Source: Octopus bimaculoides (taxonomy: Eukaryota). Taken from it: a stretch of DNA of 64,000 bases. Positions within the stretch are counted from its first letter, which is position 1; the number at the start of each line of letters is the position of its first letter. The DNA lies in the NCBI RefSeq assembly GCF_001194135.2, contig NC_068997.1, forward strand, positions 7,983,203 through 8,047,202. Reading direction: 5' to 3'. The notes below the pieces were generated by a model, which saw only the letters and a list, made by a program, of their open reading frames with translations, did no database searches and was not told where the DNA came from. The translations under genes and the position numbers were made by a program. This document shows, piece by piece, positions 12,611 through 24,765 of the stretch.

Positions 12611-13982
12611 CTCTGTACCCAATGTTTCAGAAATCAATAAAAGGAAATTAAAATCAAAGAACAAACTAAATACGAATAGAATGAAGTTGATGGGGGTTTG
12701 GAGGGGGAGAGTCATGGCTGGCGTGGGAAATATCAGTTTGATGGGGGAGAGAAATGAAAACAAAAAAGGAAATCACGAAATGAACGAAGTAGGAAGTACT
12801 TATTTGAATGGCGAGCGTCGTGGGGCTGGAGTCGGATCAGATATCATTCGTTGACTCGATATCACAATTTACACTGTCATATGACGGAAATTTATTAGAA
12901 ATAACGGATATTACTAATCAGGAGGAAGGCGTGATGTGTGGAAGTGGTGGTGGTGGTTGGGGGTGGAGCTGATTGCGGAGGTTGGTCGTGGAAAATGAGA
13001 TTTCTCGTAAACATGTGTCTGATTTAGCAAGCGATAACATGCTGGGAAGAATTATTGAAGTTGTTAACAGTTTGATGGAAAATCTGATCTGTTGACCGAA
13101 GTATCAATAGTTTGTGTGTCACCAGTTTGTATGTGTTAATATCCTTAACAAAGACGTTGACCTCTTCCAATGGTTCTGTCCAAATATTCTAATACACGAC
13201 ATCTGGATACTTTGGTGCAGCAATCTGTTTGATTCAACAAGAATTTACGGTAAACTTCTTAAACACCAGACCGAGTTTGCTCGGATTTGCAAGACACCGT
13301 TTCCCCTTCCCACCTCGATCTTCCAAAGCATTCGAAAATTCCACTCAATGATATCCAGTGTCATCTGTTCACTGGCTGAAGAATCTTCGCAGAGTTACCA
13401 ATGTGATTACGACCATTATGAATTACCCCAAAACAAGATGTCACAAACTAGCTCCTCTTTACTTCTCTGCCATTACAGAACTAAAATAGTCTCCGCTGTT
13501 TGGCTCTTATGATTCAACCTCGCTTTGAGACCCTCTTCTGTTTCGTTTAATGGTGAACAATACCTGAGGAAGGTAAACTAGTCTTAATTTCGGTCGAATT
13601 ATTCTTCATGGAAAAGTTCTTCTGTCCTAAAAAACAAATGCCACACAGGCAGAAAACGTTCCGCAATTATTGCAACGCTACCAGTCAAAGGACAAGATAT
13701 CTATTAACTGTATCTCTTAATCAAGTATCGCCAAAGACTTTTGGACATTTTACTGATGTGCCTACGTATGAGGCTACTGCAAATGTTCTGCAGGTTTCAT
13801 ACGTCGAAGCAAAAAAAATAATAATAAAAATAAGAACTGTACATGCGCAGAATGTTGGGGCAACTCGGTGGCAAGAGTTTTATGAACAACTAGATAAGTA
13901 TTTACAAAAATACAGTTCTATATTTAAGAGATGAGGCATTATTTACATTTGACGGATATTTGTCCTCATCTTGTTTGTTGTT

Positions 13983-14028
13983 AACATAACGTTTCGGTTG
14001 ATATATCCTCCAGCCTTCATCAGGTGTC
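13983..14028 (-). ncRNA. Minimal type I hammerhead ribozyme motif (Penelope-associated), probably decayed
   Basis: Minus strand reads GACAC-CTGATGA-AGGCTGGAGGATATATCAACC-GAAAC-GTT-ATGTT: both core boxes, stem II GGCTG/CAACC and stem I GACAC/ATGTT with one mismatch. Confidence 0.6.
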
Positions 14029-14068
14029 CTGGGGTTGTCATTCCTAAGGTATTTTTCGTTGTTGTTAT

Positions 14069-14588
14069 TTGGGGTTAGTAGCCCGCACTCTTAACCACTA
14101 CACCATATGCCCGTGGGTAATTATGGAGTGAATTTTAGGGCTTATAAATCTAATATTCTTCTATCCTTTCTTAATACCGGTTCCCATATGCTGTTCATAT
14201 CTGCGCTCGGCTTGCTTAGGAGGTTCTTGTGTCCTAGCATATGTGCTGCTTCTTTTAGTTTTTGTATTTTCCAGTGGTGTTCTCTGCCTATTTTATTTTA
14301 ACTTCATCCCACAGGGGATGAAAATAAAATGGAAACCCCACTTCCTGTGGGATGAAGTTAAAATAATAGACAGAGAACACCATTGGAAAATACGAAAACT
14401 AAAAGAAGCAGCACATATGCTAGGACACAACAACCTCCTAAGCAGACCGAGTGCAGATATGAGTAGCATATGGGAACCGGTATTAAGGAAGGATAGGAAA
14501 ATATTAGATTTATAAGCCCTAAAATTCACACCGTAATTGCCCACGTGCATATGGGGTAATGTTTAAGAGCGCGGGCTACTAACCCCAA
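14069..14588. mobile_element. Penelope-like element 3' ends as an inverted pair (14069-14292 on minus, 14365-14588 on plus)
   Basis: Arms are near reverse complements; plus arm encodes WDEVKIIDREHHWKIRKLKEA...WEPVL, a GIY-YIG C-terminus. Confidence 0.8.
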
Positions 14589-16449
14589 GATTCCAGGCAG
14601 TGGCCTGAATGATAATAATAACAACAACAACAACATTAATAATAATAATAATAATAATAATGATAATAATAAACACTTTGTTCTTTCTAAAATCACATAA
14701 TAACTTATGTTAATGATCTTCCAGGTCTTCCTTCGTCAGCATTTAATTTCAGAATGTGAAAGGCTGAAATTTTCTTTAAATGGAATTCGAAAAATATGAG
14801 TCGTATACAGTTTTTTTTGCTTTGACCACCTCTGTCTTGTCTTTTCTTGTCTTTCAATCAACCTCCTTCCCTGTTTTGTTCTTTTCTTGAATTTCATTTA
14901 TTTCACTCCAACCCCTTTCGTTATTTTCAAATTGTCCCACACATTCCATGTCTGCTTGTCATCTTTTATTCTTTAAATTTCTTCCGTAATAAAAAAAAAT
15001 CGTCTTCCAACTGAGATACCAGATCCCTTCATTGAAAATTTAACTGTAACCAAGAGGTTTACATGCTGGATTTCAAAATATCTTTCCTAATCTTAGATTC
15101 ACACTCACACACACACACACACACACGAAGCACAACACACACACACACATCGAACTGTCCACCTTACATTAGAGGCATTTCAGGAAAAATTCAGATCAGG
15201 ACAATATTTAAAAGTAGGTTTGTCCTGAACAGAGCCTCCATCAGCAACAGAACATGATTGATAACTACGTGAATTCTATCAACACCCCCACCACAGCCAC
15301 GACACCCCCACCACCACGACTAGCAGAATTTCTTTTCCACTTCACTACCCATCGCCGCCGCCGCCGCCGCCCTAATCACCTCGCACGTCAAAGAAAGTGA
15401 AAACAAAACCATTATTCATTCAGAACAGAACGACCGAGTGTTCAACCGCAACCGTTTCGTTTCTAATAAAACGTGTATGGACGTGCCATGTTGCGTGTGT
15501 ATAAAATATAGAGCTGGGAGCTGCACTTGCTCGAACAATGGGAGAAATCTAACTGTAATCAAAAGACAGAAATCAGTCTCACTACTAAGCGCTTTCAATT
15601 CCTAAGATCGATAACATCTCCACTGTGTTTACTGATCAGCTTTCTTTTTGATAAATAGAATGTTATTGTTTGTCTCCATCTCAACTCACTTCGAACGGAT
15701 CCGTGATCAAAGCATTCCAGCCTTGTCTATATCTAGCAATGAATTGTCCAATGAGTCCTTCGCATTATTTATTCTTTAAAACGGTGGTTTAAGAGAATCT
15801 GGCTGTTCTTTCCAACAAACCGAGCAACCACGTGGATCAGTGGGTTTCCATATAAGATTTCGTACTTAAAAATTAATTGCAATAAATTGGTTCTATTTCA
15901 CGAAATATTTTAACAATGTTTTTATACAAACCCTCGTAATATTTAATTATAAAATTATAAAAGTATGAAGGAATTTTTTTAAACACCAAATGGCTCTCAG
16001 GGTCCACCTGAGTGAAATAGGAATCAAAAAGGTCCATAAGTAACAGATGGTTGAGAACCACTTAACACGACACTGTTGGAAGGCAGGTTTAGAGAGGGTG
16101 CGGTTTAAACTACGTGTACTTGCCCTCCGTTGGTCAGTTGAAGCTTAGACAGTGTCACGTGACAGTTAGCTAGTACTGGCTGCTGGAGTCTACCGGTGAG
16201 TATTTAAAGGGAAATTTGGCAGGATGGTCAGTCACCCGCTGACATTCGTTGACACTGCATCGAAGAAACCAAAGAGCAAAAGAAAAAAAGAGGGGCCTCG
16301 CCTCGTCGAAAATGGTAGAGGAGTAGGGGCCAAAACCGGATGTGGTTCCCCTTGATGATGTCTTTAGCCACTAGATCCTATAAAGGAGCTGGTGAGGTAG
16401 CGAAACGTGGTTGGAATTCTTCTCTGTAGGACATATCCACATCTGAATT

Positions 16450-16790
16450 TATTTTCTCATAACTTTCAAAACAATGGATATCTTTTTGATGAAATTTTTT
16501 GCAAATACGTTTCAAATAATGTAGATTGCAATTATATTGCAATTAATATGGAAAATGGTGGGAAAATACATTCATACTGACACACATCCATTATATATCT
16601 ACAAAACGAAGCTTGAAATTAAACAAAAAAATTAAAACATGTGATGTATGTCGGTATGTAAGTGCAAATGCTCAATAAATTTTTTCCGCATTAAATTCCG
16701 ATATTATCGTAATCTAAACCTTCAGAAAGATTATTTGTAGAAAATTTCATAAAAAGATATTCATTTTTCTGAAAGTTATAAGGAAACGAA
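16450..16790. mobile_element. Degenerate MITE/foldback with about 55-bp imperfect inverted arms
   Basis: tttctcataactttcaaaacaatggatatctttttgatgaaatttt (16453) versus aaaatttcataaaaagatattcatttttctgaaagttataaggaaa (about 16741-16787). Confidence 0.55.
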
Positions 16791-16975
16791 GTCGGTATCG
16801 GAGAGCAAACTTGTGTAGGTATGGCCTATGGAGTTATCTGTCAGGGTTTGTGTGTGTAAGCATAAACATGTCTCCTTCGCGTATAAAGGGATCACAGTGA
16901 GTATGTACATGCATACATGTGCCTATGTGAATGCCTGCACGTACACATGCATACACACACACACGTGTGTGTTAC

Positions 16976-17013
<38 letters not shown>

Positions 17014-17166
17014 CATCATGTAACCTCNNNNNNNNNNNNNNNNNNNNNNNNNNNNNNNNNNNNNNNNNNNNNNNNNNNNNNNNNNNNNNNNNNNNNNNNN
17101 NNNACTATCCATATCACGTCCTCACTTTGTTGTTTTTTTTGTTTTTTTGTTATTGTGTTTTTGAAC

Positions 17167-17203
<37 letters not shown>

Positions 17204-17324
17204 GTGTGAGAGAGCAGAAAGTCAGTGGATATGAGAGTTCATTTTTTTCCATGCAACTTCCATGTGATTACAGCCGTATCGTAAGCTTCTTCATGTAGAA
17301 TTATTAATTTCGGTATGAAGTGGG

Positions 17325-19200
17325 TGAGCAGGCAGAACCGTTGGCACGCCGGAGAAAATGCTTAGCAACATTTCGTTCGTTTTTACTTTCTGAGTTCAAA
17401 TTCCACCGAGGTCGACTTTATCTTTCATCTTTTCAGGTTCGATAAATTAAGTACCAATCGATCAGTGGGGTCAATGTAATCGATTTAACCGTTCCCCTAC
17501 AATTTCAGGCCTCTTGCTAATAGCAGAAAGAATTATTAATTTATTTCTGTAAAATTACATACACATGTTTACATGTGTTCTATCGATGGCTTATTGACTG
17601 GAAATAAGAGGACAACTGTAAACGCTGTTCCTGCCTGAATAGATGTCATCAGCAAGGCAATTGTCCAACCTTATTGCCAGCAACCGAGAGACTCGGACTT
17701 ATATAAAAAGAGTAGAACACATTTATGGCAGAGGTAGTCTGTATTGTTTAAACAAAACCAAACTTAGAGAAATAACTGAGAGTGGCCTATGGCGTGTATG
17801 TGAACAACACAGACAAATACAGGTATATCATATACCATACAACATAAATTCCTGATTTATTAAAATTATCTCCGCCTCTAGAGGATGCGTCACAATTACC
17901 AAATGGCAATTAAGACCAGTTCCATGTGAGAAGATTAGATAACCCCAAGAACTCCCCCAGAGACTTGACGTACCATTAAGGAAAAGGATAGAATCAGATC
18001 AAGGATTACTTCTAAATTCAAGCCCCGTTTAGCGTATTTATTCAAATAGCACCCTTAATATCTAACTTGATTAGCCAACATATTTAGATTGGTTCCAAAG
18101 TTTGACACAAGGTTAGCAATTTCGGAAGAGGAGTTAAGTTACTTACATCAATCCCAGAACTCAACTGGTACTTATTTTATCGACCCTGAAAGAAAAAAAG
18201 ACAAAGTCGACCTCGGCGGAATTTGAACTCTGAACGTAAAGAAGAACGAAATGCCGCTAAGCATTTTGCTCGGCATTCTTACGACGCTGCCAGCTCGCCG
18301 TTCTCTCCAGCATGTTTATATTGCTGGTTCCTTCCTTTTGTCTGTGTTTTGGCTTTGCAATGAAACAAAGCAAATCAGCTGTTATTAACCAGTTCAGTTT
18401 AGAAATATTTATATATTGATTCAGATGATGGTTGCTAAGCAATTCACTGGTTGACCGAAACCAGTGGTGATGGGTGGCGGTGTTGGAAACGGGATTTTTT
18501 GTTTGTTTGTTTGTTTGAAATTTTCTTCCTTTCTTTTTTTTTTCTGTGTGTTGGCTTTTGTTATTGTTGTTGTAATAATCATTTCTTACAACAGCACAAG
18601 GCCAGAAGTCTTACAGGAGAGAAACAATCAATTACATCGATCTCATTACTTCGTCGTACCTTCTTTATCGATCTCGGAAAAATAAAAGAAAAAGTTAACG
18701 CCGGCAGGATTTAAACTCAGTAATGATTATTTCTAACATAGCCCAAGGCCAGACATTTGGCTGGAAGGGAGCTGTGATTATATTGACTACATTGTTTGAT
18801 TGGTGCTTTATTTTATTAACCTCACAAAGATGATAGGTAAAGTTGACTTCGGCAGGATTTGATCTCAGAACGTAAAGAGTCAGAGGAGCACAAGACATTG
18901 TGACCGACGCTCTGATGGTTCTGCTAATCATAACGATTCTTTCTGCTGAAGGCACGAGGCCTAATATTTTAGGGGAGAGAAGAAATCGATTACATCGACC
19001 CACTGTTCAATTGATAGTTATTTTATCGATCCAGACACGATGAAAGGCAAAGTCGACCTCAATGGAATTTGAACACTAAACGTAAGGACGGACAAAATGC
19101 CGCTAAGCATTTTGCTAATAGTTCTGCCAGTTCACCGCCCGTATAATATTGTCTTCAAATTTTGGCACAAGGCCAGCAATTTCTGATCGATGTTGATGCA
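17325..19200. mobile_element. Cluster of a high-copy tRNA-headed SINE (about 17325-17530 plus; 18095-18300, 18590-18720, 18740-18935 and 18950-19140 minus)
   Basis: Recurrent ...gttctgagttcaaattcc(g/a)ccgaggtcgacttt...gtaccag...gggtcgat...ggccttgtgcc consensus with a B-box-like GAGTTCAAATTCC. Confidence 0.85.
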
Positions 19201-19923
19201 ATTTCTATTATCAGTTTCATTCCAGATTTATTTATTTATCAGTTTGTACAGTATAAAAATATAAATATATAAAATCTAATCAGGAAAATGACAACTCTTA
19301 CAACAACCACAACAACAATAAGGAAACTTATCTCAAAATTTCTTATTTAGAAAGCGTTCCGTCCCTCCTCCCGACCTTCATTTGTTATTCATTATCTCGC
19401 CACCACCACCACCACCACCACCACCTTCCTTTCTTCTCTCTCCCGTTTCTGTTTATAGATTTTTCTCCATTTATTATTTACTTTGCCATTCATCCATCTC
19501 CCACCACCACCTACCCACCCCTCGCCTAGCTTCTCTCCTGATAATGTCTTCCTTCCACACAAAAGAGTTCCACTGGTTCTGTTTAGTCAAACCTGGAGAC
19601 GGGCTTCGTTCGTTTGTAAAATCCTAACAAATCTGGAGATGGAAGTGTTAAAGAGAGAGTATGACATTTTGACATTTTCTCGTCGGAAACCTTGTAAACT
19701 GGATGTGTGGCAGGGTGATGGGGTTGTTTCGTGATAATTAATACAGCAATCTAAGGGGGTGGGTTGTTTCTGTTTGTTGGTAGCTGTGAGGGTATCTATG
19801 TTATTGTGCTGATATGATGACAATGAGAATGTATATTGCACACACCTCGTATAGTATTTGTGTCACTCACATTTCACCGTGTGTACGTCTATACATATGT
19901 GTGTGTGTATGTGTATAGGTACA

Positions 19924-20159
19924 CAGGGTGTCCCAAAAGTAGCTTTACAGTCATTCAACTATCTCTTTCGCGTTCATATATTAACAATTTAGATCTTAAT
20001 TATAACAAAAATAAGAAACCATTATTCTATGCTAATTTAGTTAATTTTGTCAAGCTCCCTTTTCGGTTTGTAAGATAGAAATGTAAATGTAATAAAATGT
20101 TTTAAAAGAAATTTAAAGTGCCTACGTGATAACTGTAAACCTACTTTTGGGTCACCATG
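19924..20159. mobile_element. Tc1/mariner-type MITE, 236 bp
   Basis: 28-bp TIRs cagggtgtcccaaaagtagctttacagt / actgtaaacctacttttgggtcaccatg (3 mismatches); TA follows the right end. Confidence 0.8.
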
Positions 20160-20229
20160 TATATGTATGTACGTGTGTTTGTGTAAACATATGTATATGA
20201 GTGTGTATACAACACACGCATATATACCT

Positions 20230-20433
20230 TTCTACTCTAGGCACAAGGCTCGAAACTTTGCGGGGAAGTGGCCAGGCGATTAGATCGACTCCAGTTCGCA
20301 ACTGGTACTTAATTTATCGACCCCGAAAGGCAAAGTCGACCTCGGCGGAATTCGAACTCACAACATAAAGACAGACGAAATATCGCTAAGCATTTCGCGC
20401 GGCGTGCTAAGGTTTCTGCCAGCTCGCCGCCTT
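20230..20433 (-). mobile_element. Full-length copy of the high-copy tRNA-headed SINE
   Basis: Same consensus as the 17-19 kb cluster, from aggcacaagg to gctcgccgcc. Confidence 0.85.
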
Positions 20434-20589
20434 AAGACACGCATATATAAACACATATATGTATTCATGTAGGGGGGGGGCGAACTTGCATACGCGTACG
20501 TGTATATATACATGAGTGAGTGTACGAACGAAAGAAAGAGGCACTCAACACTTTCAGAAGTAGTTACATATATTATTACAGAAAAGATT

Positions 20590-23500
20590 TTGTTTCGGCC
20601 CCAAGTTGCGTAGGCTTGTCACAAAATTGTCTGAACCCCAAATTGCGTCGGCTCGTCACGAGCTTGTCTGAGACACAAGTTGCGTACGTTCGTCACCAGC
20701 TTGTCTGAGCCGGAAGTTGCGTAGGCTCCTCACAAGCTTGTCTGAGCCCCAAGTTTCGTAGGCTTGTCACAAGCTTGTCTTAGCTCCAAGTTGCGTAGGC
20801 TCGTCACAAGCTTGTCTGAGCCCCAAGTTGCGTAGGCTTGTCACAAGCTTGTCTAAGCCCCAAGATGCGTCGGCTCGTCGCAAGCTTGCCTTGGCCCCAA
20901 GTGTCGTAGGCTTGTCACAAGCTTGTCTGAGCCGGAATTTGCGTAGGCTCGTCACAAGCTTGTGAGTTCCAAGATGCATAGGCTCGTCCCACGCTTGTCT
21001 CAGCCTCAAGTTGCGTAGGCTTGTCACAAGCTTCTCTGAACCTAAAGTTGCGTAGGCTTGTCATGAGATTGTCTGATCCACAAGTTGGTTGCGTAGACGC
21101 GTCACAAGCATGTCTGAGCCGAAAGATACGTAGGCTTGTCACAAGCTTGTCTCTGTCCCAAGTTGCGTAGGCTCGTCACAAGATTGTCTAAGCTCCAAGT
21201 TGCGTAGGCTTGTCACAAGCTTGTCAGAGCACCAAGTTGTGTAGGCTTGTCACAAGCTTATCTGTGCTGCAAGTTGCGTCGGCTCGTCCTAAGCTTGTCT
21301 CAGCCCCAAGTTGCGTAGCGTTGTCACAAGCTTGTCTGAGCACCACGTTGCGTCGGATCCTCACAAGCTTGTCTGAGCCCCAAGTTGCGTAGGTTTGTCA
21401 CAAACTTTTCGGAGCCCCAATTTGTCTGAGCCCCAAGATTCGTAGGCTCGTCACAAGCTTGTCTGAGCCACAACTTTCGTAGGCTTGTCACAAGCTTCTC
21501 TGAGCCCCAAGTTGTGTAGGATCATCACAAGCTTGTCTGAGCCCCAAGCTATCTGAGCCCCATGTTGCGTAGGCTTGTCACAAGCTTGTCTGAGCCCCAC
21601 GTTGTCTGAGCCCCAAGTGTCGTAGGCTTGTCACAAGCTTGTCTAAGCCCCAAGTTGCGTAGGCTTGTCACAAGCTTGTCTGAGCTCCAATTTCCGTAGG
21701 CACGTCACAAGCTTGTGAGCTCGAAGGTGCATAGGCTCGTCACAAGCTTGTCTGAGCCCCAAGATGTCTGGGCCTCAAGTTGCGTAGGCTTGTCATGAGA
21801 TTGCCTGAGCCACAAGCTGGTTGCGTTTACGCGTCACAAGTATGTCTGAGCCGAAAGATACGTAGGCTTGTCACAAGCTTGTCTGTGTCTCAAGTTGCGT
21901 AGGCTCGTCACAAGCTTGTCTGAGCTCCAAGTTGCATAGACTTGTCACAAACTTCTCTGAGGCCCAAGTTGCGTAGGCTCGTCACAAGCTTGTCTATGCC
22001 CCAAGTTGCGTAGGCTTTTCACAAGCTTGTCTTAGCTGCAAGTAGTGTAGGTTCGTCCCAAGCTTGTCTTAGCCGCAAGATTCGTAGGCTTGTCACAAGC
22101 TTGTCTGAGCCCCAAGTTGCGTAGGCTCGTCACAAGCTTGTCTGAGCCCCAAGTTGCGTACACTCGTCAGAAGCTTGTCTGAGCCACACTTTGCGTCGGC
22201 TCCTCACAAGCTTGTCTGTGCCCCATGTTGCGTAGGATTTTCACAAGCTTTTCTGAGCCGCAAGTAGCGTAGGCTCGTCCCAAGCTTGTCTGAGCCGCAA
22301 GTTGCGTAGCCTTATCACAAGCTTGTCTGAGTTCCAAGTTGCGTAGTCTTGTCACAAGCTTGTCTGAGTTCCAAGTTGCGTAGTCTCGTCACAAGCTTGT
22401 CTGAGCTCCAAGTTGCGTAGGCTCGTCACAAGCTTGTCTGAGCCCCAAGCTGCGTAGACTTGTCACAAGCTTCTCTGAGCCTCAAGTTGCGCACGCTTGT
22501 CACAAACGTGTTTGAGCCCCAAGTAGCGTAGACTTGTCACAAGCGTGTCTGTGACCCAAGTTGCGTAGGCTTTTCACAAGCTTGTCTGACCCGCAAGTTG
22601 CGTAGCCTTATCACAAGCTTATCTGAGCCCCAAGTTTCGTGGGCTTTTCACAAGCTTATCTGTGCTCAAACTTGCGTTTGCTTCTCAGACTCTTGTCTGA
22701 GGCCCAAGTTGCGTAGGCTTGTCACAAGCTTGTCTAAGCCCCAAGTTGCGTAGGCTTGTCACAAGCTTGTCTGAGCCCCAAGTTGCGTAGGCTTGTCACA
22801 AGCTTATCTGAGCCCCAAGTTTCGTGGGCTTTTCACAAGCTTATCTGTGCTCAAACTTGCGTTTGCTTCTCAGACGCATGTCTGATGCCCAAGTTGCGTA
22901 GGCTTGTCACAAGCTTATCTGAGCCCCAATTTGCGTAGGCTCGTCATAAGCTTTTGAGCTCGAAGTTGCCTAGGCCCGTCACAAGCTTGTCTGGGCCCCA
23001 AGTTGCGTAGGCTTGTCACAAGCTTTCTGAGCCTGAAGTTACGTAGGCTTGTCACAAGCTTGTCTAATCCCCAAGTTTCGTAGGCTTGTCACAAGCTTGT
23101 CTGAGCCCCAAGTTGTGTAGGCTTGTCACAACCTTGTCTGAGCTCCAGGTTGCGTCAGCTCGTCACAAGCTTGTCTGAGCACGAAGTTTCGTAGGATCGT
23201 CACAAGCTCGTCTGAGCCACATGTTGCGTAGGCTCGTCACAAGCTTGTCTGAGCCCCAAGTTACGTACATTCGTCACAAGCTTGTCTGAGCTCCAAGTTG
23301 CGTTGTCTCGTCACAAGCTTGTCTTATCCCCAAGTTGCGTAGACTCGTCACAAGCTTGTCTGNNNNNNNNNNTTATCCCCAAGTTGCGTAGACTCGTCAC
23401 AAGCTTGTCTGAGCCCCAAGTTGTGTAGGCTTGTCACAAGCTTGTCTGAGCTCCAGGTTGCGTCAGCTCGTCACAAGCTTGTCTGAGCTCCAAGTTGCGT

Positions 23501-23972
23501 TGTCTCGTCACAAGCTTGTCTTATCCCCAAGTTGCGTAGACTCGTCACAAGCTTGTCTGAGCCCCAAGTTGTGTAGGCTTGTCACAAGCTTGTCTGAGCT
23601 CCAGGTTGCGTACACTCGTCACAAGCTTGTCTGAGCTCCAAGTTGCGTTGTCTCGTCACAAGCTTGTCTGATCCCCAAGTTGCGTAGACTCGTCAAAAGC
23701 TTGTCTGAGCCCCAAGTTTCGTAGGCTTGTCACAAGCTTGTCTATGCTCAAACTTGCGTAGTCTTCTCACAAGCTTGTCTGTGCCCCAAGTTGCTTAGGC
23801 TTGTCACAAGCTTGTCTGAGCCCCAAGTTGCCTAGACTCATCACAAGCTTGTCTGAGCCTCAAGTTGCGTAGGCTCATCACAAGCTTGTCTGAACCCCAA
23901 GTTGCATCGGCTCATCAGAAGTTTGTCTGAGCCCCAAGTTGTGTAGGCTCGTCACAAGTATGTCTGAGCCCA
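20590..23972. repeat. 37-bp satellite/minisatellite array, about 90 monomers, single orientation
   Basis: Consensus gcttgtcacaagcttgtctgagccccaagttgcgtag; period measured 22741 to 22778 = 37; HindIII site in most monomers; one 10-N gap. Confidence 0.97.
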
Positions 23973-24409
23973 GCAAGCTATATTCCTGTGATGAGATCAC
24001 TCTTGTCATAAATGATAATCCTTTACAGGACCCAGTGCTTGACTAGTCCTTATTTCATTGACTGAGAAAGTTGAAAAGCAAAGGTGGCGCATTTGAACTC
24101 AGAACGTAAAGGTGGATAATATACCACTAAGCATTTTATCTGGTGTGTAGCCACATTTGGATTTGCTTACAACTACACCACATTGTATGAAGATTTGGTT
24201 GGGATTCTATATTTCAGAATTAAATATTTTCTCCACCTTAATCTGTGGAATTGCTATTGTGATCATCATCATCATCATCATCAGTACTTGATCCAACGAC
24301 TTCCTGGTTCTCCCAAAGCCACATGTTCCATCTACTTTGAGAGATCCACACTTCTTTATAGAGCTGTCAGCATCCTTTAACATCAAATGACCAATCCAGC
24401 AGTCTTCTC

Positions 24410-24765
24410 TCTTGCTCACAACAACCAATTCCTCTTATGCTTAATTTCTATCTAAACACTAGCACTCTGTTGAACATGTACACTTACATTACACATCCAA
24501 CTAGCCTCATTCCTTTCTAACCATCGCATGTCTTCTACATCTACGACCCACGTCTCACTACCATATAGAATTACTGTCCGTATACACGCATCATACAATC
24601 TTCCTTTCACTTGGAGAGAGAAACCTTTCATGGCCAACACAGGTAACAGCTCTCTGAATTTCCTCTATCCTATTCTTATTCTAGCTACCACACTCTCCTT
24701 GCATCCTCCCCCACTACTAATTTTGTCCCCTAGGTAGCAGAAATTATCTACTACCTCTAATGAGC
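24410..24765 (-). mobile_element. RTE-clade LINE fragment (post-RT region)
   Basis: KGFSLQVKGRLYDACIRTVILYGSETW; same family as 46095-46570. Confidence 0.8.

Noticed and set aside
15495-15560. TATA box (tataaaat) followed by an ATG
   Set aside because: The ORF is only four codons and such motifs are common by chance in AT-rich DNA
20590-23972. CRISPR-like array, and the 60-86 aa ORFs called inside it
   Set aside because: Monomers abut with no unique spacers, there are no cas genes and the context is eukaryotic. The ORFs are just translations of the 37-bp repeat.
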